A DNA stretch of 64,000 bases from Yuukianura sp. NJ FZ-2021 (Eukaryota), in the NCBI GenBank assembly GCA_046563655.1, contig CM102285.1, positions 3,162,001 through 3,226,000 of the forward strand, given 5' to 3'. Made by a program: the position numbers and the translations under genes. Positions 1-10,594 of the stretch are shown here, piece after piece (the stretch's first letter is position 1; each line of letters opens with the position of its first letter). Below the pieces are notes generated by a model. It was not told where the DNA came from and made no database searches. It was given only the letters and a program-made list of their open reading frames with translations.

Positions 1-1200
1 AGCTTCTGCTTCTTGCTCCATCAGAAGATGAGCAGAAGCAATGGGTGTCCCGTCTGAGTAAGAAGATTCAGAAGGGCGGATTCAAGGCTGTCTCACAGTC
101 CAGGTCGGTCTTCTATGTCTCTACCCCGTCATGACCCTACCCTGCCAGACATTGAGTCTGCAAGCTCAACCCAATGCTTACTAACTTTAGTGGCACTTAA
201 CCGTAACAACGCATTTGAGAGGCTGAAGTAAGTAAAGATTCCTGGTAGAATTTGTTAGGGAAATTAGTATAAATAGGATAATAAGGGGATCGCCGCCTTT
301 CTAATAGAAGAATCAATAGCACAAGCTTTCTTTTAAGTTTCCGCGAAAAACATTTGACGCAGATGAGAATGTGCATCATTTCATAATTCTATCTTCCCTA
401 ATGCATTTTTGTGACAAAAGATTTGTCTATTGCTTGGTGTTTATCAATTTTTTCAAATCCGAAATTAAGTGTCAGTCTCCGTTCTGAGGAAAATCATTTT
501 TTGTTAATTTTGAAAGCGTTCTTAGCTTTTACTGTATGTTTTCAGCGGAAGTTTGATTTTTTTTTAATCAGATGAACGTTGGGATGAAGAACCTGACTAG
601 GATCCTGTGATAAATAGATAAAAATCTGCAAAATTTTTCTATATTCTAAAAGTTGCAAAATTTGAAAATACAATTTCGAGAATAAGATATTTGGATTTTG
701 AATTGCTGAATTCGAAAAATTCTGGATTGCAATGAGCCTGATTGCGTTGAGAGCAAGTAGACAGACGGACTCCCATTCATTTCAAATCACCTTGTTTATG
801 TGTTTTGCTAATTTTTCTCGCAAAATTTTTCATTTTCAGAGTTTCTTCTTGCGTGTAACCGTTTATGAGGTTTTCTTAGTAGTTAATTTTATTTTTAACT
901 ATGTAAAAATGTTGGCGAAAACAAGTGATGAGAGAAAATAAAAATTTGTTTTGCTTGTGGGGATGTGTCGTTGGGCAATAGTCAGTGTTTGCTTTTTCAC
1001 TGTATTACGAGTTACGAGTTGTAGCAAGTTCAGTTTGGGTCGTAAATTGTTTTCTTGTTTAGAAAGTATTGTGCAAATAGCAAAATTTGGATGTCAACTT
1101 TGTCTTTTGTCTTATTGTGCTAATTTGGTTTTTGTTTTGTATTGTTTTATTTAGCATCAACAAGCAAAAATCCGCAACCTTACCTGCCAGAAACAAATGA
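1..1200 (+). CDS. Rok: Rho-associated kinase (ROCK), 3' end; gene enters from the left of the window
   Basis: Frame 3 from base 3 reads LLLLAPSEDEQKQWVSRLSKKIQKGGFKAVSQS, matching the end of the ROCK split PH domain (LLLA..EEQ..WV.RL.K.I). Donor AG|GTCGGT after 103 (phase 2). Acceptor TTTTATTTAG|C at 1155 gives S-INKQKSATLPARNK* (TGA 1198-1200); Q(K/R)SATLP is the tail motif I recall from insect Rok. An intervening small exon cannot be excluded. Confidence 0.8.
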
Positions 1201-1839
1201 ACGACCAGAGAAAATGCAAAAGAAAGTCTCTAAAAACAAATGAATCTTTACTACTTAAGAATCTTACTACTGAAAATGCCGAATTTCAAGTCTTCCGAAA
1301 CCTACACATTCCTCATCACGTCTTCGTACTTGTCTAAAGAGCCACTGTCTTAAAGTTCTCTCTCGACTGTTTGTGTCACTGTGACCATCATGAATCCCTT
1401 CAAGGCCCACGACAACCTTAGCGTCCAAAATGACTATTGACTTCATTCAGGTTAAAGTACTTAACTTGTTACTAAAAATGATCTTATTGCTCTATCACAC
1501 TCTGTAAGACTTGAATGGATCCATCCACAATATGACCAGTGACCTTTGTTAAAATCTGTTTCGATTTCGACTAGTATATGTGTAAAGTGTCTTAATGTCC
1601 AAGTGGGTACAACAATTGACTTATTTATTGAAACCTCAAATGTAATTCTGTAATTTATTGTTTACTTTTAGTGTTGATTGTTTTAGTTATAGTTGTATTT
1701 AGTATAAGTAATTCTCATAATGTGGAATCAAGTCAATTTAAGTAGCTTAGAAAACCAAAAAACCTGAGGGTGAAGAAATTGTTTACCCTTGTTGAGCCGA
1801 GTTCTCAAAGAACTGTTCTTTGTTTTGTTAAAATTGTAG

Positions 1840-2212
1840 TAAGACGAGTAGGCTGAGATGGGCGGCAAGCGATAGCGGTGTATCCAGCGGCAGAATGTCT
1901 ATCGCTTCTACAAAATCGTGGTTCAGCCTTGATCTATCCAGAAATCACAGCATCAACGAATCCCCTGCAACACGGCCACGAACGCAAAGCGCCATTGATG
2001 CCCCTCCGGCGGTTTCACGAGCGCTCAGCGTTGCCGATACTCCTCCGAGGCCTTCACGGCCACACAGTGTTGCCGAGGCCCCCGTTATTACTGAAACCGC
2101 CGTTGCCAAGCGCAACAACCGCGCACCACATCGCCTTCGCGTTGCCCTATCCCAGAATGACCTAATTGACGAACATGACCAAGGCCAGTCCACTGCAGAA
2201 GTCTGGGTATGA
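1840..2212 (+). CDS. Probable alternative terminal coding exon of ROCK (about 124 codons, Ser/Pro/Arg-rich, ends TAEVWV)
   Basis: Acceptor AAATTGTAG|T at 1840 after a T-rich tract. It is phase 2, like the donor at 103 and the 1155 exon. Open frame KTSRLRWAASDSGVSSGR continues into ORF 1895..2212. GC content is clearly above the flanks. Confidence 0.55.
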
Positions 2213-2951
2213 CATTTGGATTTGGTCAAAGGTCAATGATGAGTATTTTTAGAATGTGTTTGTTAATTTGTGTCGGTTTAGGTATTGTGTTGTGACAAAG
2301 TATCCTTTTCACCCTCTTACACTTAACAAGTAAATGCAATTTCTTAAGGTTACGTTCAAAAAGCCTTAAGCAAACTTCTAAATTTAAGATTTTTGATGCC
2401 AACTGTGATTTTTGCTCGTTTTTCGTTAAGGAATTAAGAATAATGAGGTTAAAACTATGTCTCTAATCTGTTTAAATGTTAACCTATTTACTGTTCAAAA
2501 TTTAATGGAAATGTGACAAATTGTTACAACTTGATCGATATCTTTCCTCTGCGATATGGGAGTCAAATAAAACCTCAATTTAATGTTACGTTCGGTTTAG
2601 TTGCTCGACATGTGCAATTTTTGCCTCTTGAACCAATTGGTTTTGAACCAATTTGCGTATTGAACCAATTGGGTTTGAACCTTTTTCTTTGAACCAATTG
2701 TTTTTGAACCAATTCATTTGAATCAATAGCTTGGAACCTGCAGTATTGAGCAGAATATGATTGCTATGACAACAGTACTTTCAGGTTGTTTTCAACAATT
2801 TGGAAGACTGCGATTCGTATCCAGTTTTTTCTTGCGTTTTTGTGCAAATGATCATCAAAATCAACGAGTCTACAAATTAGAAGCGTAGCGCTTTTGCGCT
2901 GCTTTGGGCAGCAGCGTCACTTGAAACGATTTATTTCTGGTCGTGAGGTCA

Positions 2952-3846
2952 ATGGCCGTAAGGTGGCCCTCAGCGATGGCTCGGGTCAATGACCCCAGGC
3001 CAAAGACCAATCCATTTACACTGTTCCTTGGAGTGGACAGCAACCGACAACCAATTCAAACTTACACTGGGACTGGCTCGAGACAAGGTAATTCGCAACT
3101 ATGTTTACATTTTTAGATATTATATAATACATTTCTATAGTTAATTTAAACATATTTTCAAATTCCAACCCTGTGTGTTTTGCTGTGTTCTTCAAGATGG
3201 TTCCGGCCAACATCGTCCTTCACGGTATCACAACTACCTTCCAGAACTGCGGGCCAAACGAGTAGAAACTTTAAAAGAAAATAATTTCAAGGACAAGTTA
3301 ATGGAACGCCTGGAGATACAGCGACAAGCCGAGGAAGTTGCTCTCAATAAACTGTGAGTGAAAAACTCAAAAATTTCAATTCTAGTTACTAAATCCAAAA
3401 CTATGATTTTGGATGATTTTTTTCAAAAAATTGAAGTGTGTAAAGTAGACCAAGGCTTTATTTGAATTCGGATTTTTTTAAAATTCATTTTCAGTGTTAT
3501 CCAAAAGGCTCAGCGGATTGGTCCTACACCGCGGATTCCACCGCTTCCTCCAGCGTTAGTTTCGGAACCTCCGCAGCATCGTGTTCCTCTCACTGCGCAT
3601 GCTCATAATCATAACCCTGTGCACAAGAAACCGCCACAGCCCAAGGTCAACTTGACCATTCAGAGTCTCTTCAGAGCCAGTCCTGAAGCCTTTTCAGATT
3701 CCGGAAGTCGTGTTGTCCAGTTGGATCTGGCCAAAGTCCATCCCAAACCGAAACTTACGGTAACAAAACTTCAGCCGTCGGCCACTTCGAGTACAACGGA
3801 CAGCGAAGTTTCAGAATTTCTTAAAAAGAAAACACGCAAGCGCTGA
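2952..3846 (+). CDS. Uncharacterised 3-exon gene, ~214 aa, central coiled-coil-like segment, Pro-rich region, basic C-terminus
   Basis: Exons 2952-3087 (G|GTAATT), 3197-3353 (AAG| ... CT|GTGAGT), 3495-3846 (TTTTCAG|). Phases 1 and 2 join without frameshift: 645 nt, MAVRWPSAMARVNDPRPKTNPF...LMERLEIQRQAEEVALNKL...FLKKKTRKR*. Second possible ATG at 2976. No family recognised. Confidence 0.65.
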
Positions 3847-4717
3847 ATCATAATCCAGAACTACCAAATTCAAAAGTTACGATTCAAATTAAAGTCAAGA
3901 TTATGAGGCCAAAAGTTTGCATTTTTCTGACGTAACAGGAACAAAAGGAAAGAAGTTTCTGGAAGCATAGGATTTGCATGCCTAAAATTTCACTTTTTGT
4001 CTAACGTCTGCCATTGATATACCGTAAAGTGGTGGGAAGGTTTTTGGATTTATGATAAATTCAAAATCTGAAATCGAAAATTCCAGAACGATTTCATGAC
4101 AAATCGGTTTGCGATCTTCATGACCCGCCCAAGTGGCCCTGCCCCGCTCTTGTCGGAAGCAAAAACTTTTTAAAGCGTCAAGAGATTAATCAGTGATGCT
4201 ATCAAAACGTGTCCTGATTCTGCCGTGTCCTTTTGACCTCATAAAGTACAACTACCGCAAAATGGAGGGTGAAAGTACCAAGGTAAACTCCACCGGCTGA
4301 CGTTGGAGCAGTTCAAAATTTGGCGCTTACGTCAAATGTTTTTCTGAACTCGTGTTTTACGAAAAAAAAAAAAGAGTGTACAAGTGGGAATTTCGTAATA
4401 TCTGTAAGTTCGTTATTCTCATTTACGAAATAAATTTCAGAATATTTTAGTTTTTTTTCGAAATGTAATACCAGCCTCATATTAAACCGTTTCCAGAAAT
4501 TTTCTATTGCTTTATGAAACGTTTTTTTAAAAGCAGGTATAACTTAATTTTAAGAGCTTAAACTATGAAGTCCTAACTGGATAAACGGTTTGCCTATAAC
4601 CAATGTTCACAGCTACGCTAATGGTATTGATTCTTTGTATTTCCCAGTTGTTTTTATGAACAAAAAATAAGTCTTAAAATCAATAGTTGAAGTATTAAAT
4701 TACCGTAATATAATAAA

Positions 4718-5861
4718 CCGTAGTAAACGCCGTAGGTAAGTAGCGAAAGGCAGCTAGAGCACACAATCCGGAAATTGTGCACTTCCGGTCAAACCGGATC
4801 CGTATTAATCATCACCCCCAGGCTATGACAAACCGATTTACGAAGACAGATTGCAAATCGGTCCAGGGGTTTCGGAGGCATAGTTATAGTGCAGACAGGC
4901 AGACGGACAGACAGGCAGACAAGCAGACGGACAGACAGACAGACAGCCAGACTCGGGGAAAAACATAAAGTAGGTCATGCTTCCCCGAGTAGGACGAGGG
5001 ATGCAATTTTGCAACTTCTATCGTCTGTATCTCTGTAACCGTAGATCAAAGGTCAAGGTCACCTTTACAAAAGTTTTTCAGCCCAATCAGATAAACAACT
5101 TTTGTAGAAGTCATTTTTTCGATTTCCGTAAGTAAAGTATTTGACCTTGACCTTTGCCTGGACATGGACAACTTCCGGTCAAGCTGGACACTGATTAGAC
5201 ACCCCTGGAATATGTGAAACGCAAAAGTGGAAAGAGATTGAAAATCGGTTCAGTGGTTGTGGAGTTATAGACGCGAATAGCATGGGCGACGCCATTATGC
5301 AACTGGCAAGGTCTATATCTCCAGAACCCTAGGTCAAAGGTAAAGGTCACCTATACAAAAGTTGTTCGTCTCAATGAGATGAACAACTTTTGTATAGGTC
5401 ATTTTCCCGGTTTCTGTCAAAATTGTATTTGACCTTGACCTTTGACCCGGACCTGGACAACATCCGGTCAACCTGGATACTGATTAAACACCCCTGGAAT
5501 ATGTGAAGTAGACATGTGAAGACAGATTGAAAATCGCTCCAGTGGTTCTGGAGTTATAGAAGCGAATAGCACGAGCGACCCCATTATGCAACTTCTAAGG
5601 TCTATATCTCCAGAACCCCAGGTCAAAGGTCAAGGTCACCTATACAAAAGTTGTTCAGTTCGATCAGATGAACAACTTTTGTATAGGTCATTTCCCCGAT
5701 TTCTGTCAAAAATGTATTTGACCTTGACCTTTGACCCTTAAGGGGTCTACTTCCGGTCAAACGGGTCGCCGATTGTTCACCCCCAGACCATGTCAAGTTC
5801 ATCTGTAAAGACAGATTGAAAATCGGTCCAGCGGTTCCAGAGCTAGCCTGACCAGCAGACG

Positions 5862-5900
<39 letters not shown>

Positions 5901-5944
5901 TCGGGGAAAAACATAAAGTAGCTCATACTTTCGCTACTTAATAA
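4718..5944 (-). mobile_element. Non-autonomous Helentron/DINE-1-like element, copy 1
   Basis: 13-bp inverted repeat TAAGTAGCGAAAG (4737-4749) / CTTTCGCTACTTA (5928-5940). Short hairpin AAGTAGC...GCTACTT at the right end, GACA microsatellites (about 4892-4950 and 5856-5900), and three ~289-bp internal tandem units (GGTCAAGGTCACC-like anchors at 5051, 5339, 5628). This sub-TIR + microsatellite + hairpin + core-repeat layout is the DINE-1/HINE architecture. Confidence 0.65.
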
Positions 5945-8900
5945 CCAAAACCAGGCAAATTCAAATACAAATTATTCTTCGGTACTTTTTGTTTGAGTTG
6001 GGAAACCCAACTTGATAAATTGGTGCATCACACGTTACTATTTTGATCAACAAACACATATATTTTGCTCATTGTTTGCAATTTGTAGTTTTCAAAATTT
6101 TGAAAATCTGAATTGCTAATGCATTCCTAGGAAACGAAATCCTTTGTGAGTCCAGAGTCTACAAATAAGAGAAAGTTTGACAAGTGAAAGTTTGTTAGAC
6201 CTTGACCGAAAAAGTTTAAAAATGAAACAAACAAATTTTAAATTCAGTATTTCCAAAACATGTCTGAGCGGATAACGGATGTTTTTTAAAGAAATCTAAA
6301 CAAATTGCAATGAATGGCCAAAACTAGCTCAAGTACATTACTACGCTAATGAAGTACAGATACAGCAGTAGTATGGGAAATGATGAAACTATTAAGGCTA
6401 GATTTTTATACAGGTTGAGTGACCCAGAAGAAAGAAAAATACCAAAACAAAAAATAGAATGACGCTACTTGCTTATTCAGTTATTCTGCAAAACCCACAA
6501 GCGCGAAACACAAAACCTGTCGGGCAATACAGTACGTCCTCATTTAAAATTTTAAAAATCGGTGTGGACAATGACGGTGATCGTAATACAAAACTGTTAG
6601 ACGTTAGTTGTTTCCTCCTGGAAATCTATTGAAAATATCCAGCGATTGCTTTAGCATCTGTTGAATATCGTACTTTCCCGCCTAGGAATTTTGCAAAAAT
6701 AGTTCTATTTCTATTCATCTCGGAAGATCATCTCCCGAGATTGAAAGAATTTTAAGTATTTCCAGATCGGCAAAACTACGTTCTTGGATCTGTAAACTTG
6801 AGGCTTTGACCCAAAGCCATTGACACAACTTATAAAACAAACGATTTGTATTTGGAAACAGGGAGGGGCAAAGATGAAGGTTTCATACGTAAGCTTTGTG
6901 AGTGTCGGATGGAATCAAAAGCAAATTGTTTTTTGTTGCAAAAGTTTTAGTTTCGACTAAAAAATATTGACGTGGAGATGGTGATGACAAAATAAAAATA
7001 GATATCCGTCGTAAAGTGTTGTAGAAATAGAATTACCAAATTCTGCTCGTGCGCATGCGCAATCGTCACCATACTTATCAAGTTCACTGGAAGTGGAACT
7101 TGAAAAATCTACTGCGCTTTCCGTTGGCTACCCTAAAAGTATGCAAACTTTTAGGAAAAACATATTTACTTGAATGTTAATCAGCCTCAAAACCTAACCT
7201 TACACAAAAATGACTTTTCAATTTATGTCAATTTAAAATTTCGCAGAATTTGTGCAATTTTTTACCATTTTTCTGACGGACGAGATTTGTCTGTTGTTAT
7301 ATTGCTGACCTTGACAGTATGCTTTATATCACTTGCGCAGTAAGCAAGTTAGTAATTGCGAAAACTCCCACGGTTCACGGCCGAAATGAATGAAGCATAG
7401 TCAATAAAGGTTTGATGTTGACGAATTAATCAAAAAAACAAATTAAACTTGTGTCAATTAATTGTTATAAATCAATCATTGTCGTACAAATCGACCAGGA
7501 TTAATTTTGGGTGTTTTGCCAACATCGTTACCGGCACAAATGTTTACCGGTCTAACTTAATACGTTTTACACGTCACTTCTAGAAAAATTCAAATCTTTG
7601 GAGACCGTAATACTGCAAACATGCAATGTATTGGAAATTCCAGGTCAGATTGAGTAATATTGTTTTTCCAAATTTCAATAGTTTGGTGAACTATTAAGGT
7701 TTGTTTACAACTTTGGCGTTGTTTTGAGTGGGTTCCGTTAGATTTTTAAGTGTGAGACATGATTCTTACGTGACACTACCCATGAGCAGCAAAGCATTCA
7801 CGTACTTCTGTGTGGCAGTTGAATTATTTGCACTCTGTAAATATTTTTCAAAATTTGCACAAAAGGTAAAAGTTCACATAGAGGGTCTTATTGATATGCA
7901 CCGCTTTAGTAAGAGATTGAATCACATGAAGTAACTATTACCAAATACATACACAAACGTAATGTAAGCTTTCTACATCGTCACAATGGAGGCATCCAAG
8001 TCGATTACGGGAAAATTTCTTGGAAACAAGTTTTAAATTATACATTGTTGCGTTCCAAAGTTCATTTTTTTTGGGTTCAGGAAGACTCTTTGGCTGGAAT
8101 CGACATATGAATACGTTATTTGCCAAAGTACTATGAAAATCTAACACTAAATTAAATTTTCTTTTGCTAAATTTCCAACCTGAAGTTACAGTGGCGCCCA
8201 TGTAGCGTTTTGGTCATAAGACGTTTTGTAAAAAATAAAACAAGAATCAAACAAAAAACTCAACTGCGTTTTGTTTGTTAGTCATTTGAGTTGTTTGTTT
8301 TTTTTGTCAGAGTTTTGTTTAAATTTACATGAATGGAGAACAAATCTGTTCCAAATTTCATTTTTCGAATCCAATGCTGTTTTATGGCGTTCAGAACTGC
8401 GACTTAAGCTTCAAGCGCGGCAGGAGCCATACATAACATGAGCCTTTTCTCAATTCAAAACAAGAAAAAACATCATATTCGATCAGAGATTGTAAGCTTT
8501 GATAAGGTTTCGCTCATATTTAAGTTCAAATCACCAATGTTTGAACAAGTTCTGTTTAAAAGTGAAATCACTATTACACAGAATTTTGGATTTGTGCAAG
8601 ACCTAATTCATTTTGACTTTCGCTCCATACAAAATGAATTCTCACGGTCATACACTCCCTTAAAGACTCCGGCGGATGTCAACGCCAAACATTGACGGTG
8701 AATGGCACAACTTCAAACATAAGCTTTTCGTAGATATTTTGATTTTGCATCTCATCTGCAAATCGCGGTAGCGCAAAAACGACACATGAACTACGAACAA
8801 AGAATTAATCGATGCTAATCTACAACATATCGGGGCACATCAAATCTCCAATGCTCTCGAATAATAATAGAAAAAATTGTGCTTTTTTTCGTGAAATGTG

Positions 8901-10444
8901 AATTTAAATTAGGGTAAAACGTAAATTCCCATAAATAAAAAATAGTTTAGAAAATATGAAATAAAAAAGTCACACGCGCGCGTTAGAAGAAACGAAATTA
9001 TTTTTTAAGAATTTAAAACTACAGGTTTGTCAATCGTACACCGTTCACAAATTTCACCAAAAAAAAATTTCAGAATTAATTTCATTTATAAAAATTCTGG
9101 AAATTTTTAAATCCTAGAAATTTATAAAAGTCAAATCAAAATTTTGATTTTCTGCATGATTGAATCTTAACTAAAGCTGTACAATATCTACGGAGCACCT
9201 AGATCTTTCTGAAGATGGATTGTCTCAAATGTAAATTTTTCTAACAGCAGCTGAATCTTAAATGACGTTGCTATACTCTTTTGGTTTTTTAATTTTTTTT
9301 TGATTTTGTTGAAAAAGTCTAACCTGCGTCAGCGTCAAATTCTCATGGTCATCTTGGTCAGACTGGCAAATTTAAATATCTAAAAAACAAGTTTAAGTAT
9401 AAGTAGGGTTTAATTTTAATTAAACCAGCATAACCCGAAGACGTGTCCAAAATTTCCAAAAACTTATTGTTTTCGGAAAATTTAAATTTAAGAATTTTGC
9501 AAAAAGTTGTGAAATGCCAAAGCCCTTTTGAAATTTGAGCTTGTCACTAGCAAAAATTAGGTTCCGTCCAAGTTACTTTCTATGCTTGATGATTATTTGA
9601 TTTAAAACGATGGTTTTATCATCCCTGCCGATTATTCTAAAAAATTCATTTTTTTTACTTTCACTTACTTCCGTGCGGTTATAAATGTAAAATTTGGCCT
9701 TCAAAAATGCGGCGACTACACCAACGGAAATTTACACCGAAAAATTGTTCCGTTTCGCTTGTAATTTTTTCTCGTTATTTTGGCAGAGATAAGTAGAAGC
9801 ACGTCAGTAGAAAGTAGGGCACATGCTACCTCGTTGGAATTGACAATTTCCTTAGAAATCATGCATGGAGACAGTGCTTTAGACTTTATGAAATATTTAG
9901 CAATTTATGAAAATTGCTGCAAATAAAGTCACCTCTGTCCAGGTTGGCCATGTGACTCCATTACATCAATCTCAAAGTCCAGTCAATCCGGAATTCGAAT
10001 TAGAATTTCTTGTTAACTTTTCTTGGAACAGTGTAACTGTCGTCCGAAGCCCAAAGTACAAATCCAACTGAATAAATCCCAATTTTTAAATTTTTGAACC
10101 GTACTGAATATCAATGCAGAGATGAGGCAAGAAAGATGAATTTCAAAATCACGATTTCTAAAAAAAAGTTTAGCAGGTGCCTCTCTCTCATAAAACCAGT
10201 TTTTCGAAAATCACATTTAGAACAATTTTGAAACAAAGTTTAGAAATGAAATCAACTTTTGAAGATGTTGAAACATAAATGTTAGGTTATTCTATTCTAA
10301 ACATAACTGCCTAAGTTGAATTAGAGTATTTGAAAAAAGGAGTTGCTTAGGTTCATGAATAATTCAGGATCACATTGCAAAAAAGTTAGCGTTTCACTGC
10401 TACTGGGTTTTGGTGGTCCTGATCGCATCCGATGTGGATTTTCC

Positions 10445-10482
10445 TATAAAATGACGATCTGGTCCTCTACTGATCTTCAGTT
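10445..10482 (+). promoter_or_regulatory. Candidate TATA box and arthropod initiator of CYP307
   Basis: TATAAAA at 10445-10451 and TCAGTT at 10477-10482 (A at 10479, 34 nt from the TATA start), about 115 nt upstream of the ATG at 10595. Confidence 0.5.
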
Positions 10483-10594
10483 CGAACTGATCTGTCGATC
10501 CTAGAACTTGTCCAGAATACTTTTTCAAGAGTATCATTCAAATTCCACTTTTGACTTATTTTTTTTTAAAAGTCCATCACTAACTTTAATCATC

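Noticed and set aside
7050..7061. Perfect NRF1/Ewg palindrome TGCGCATGCGCA (weaker copies near 39065, 53586, 59720)
   Set aside because: No associated gene start or other promoter evidence; cannot be separated from chance.
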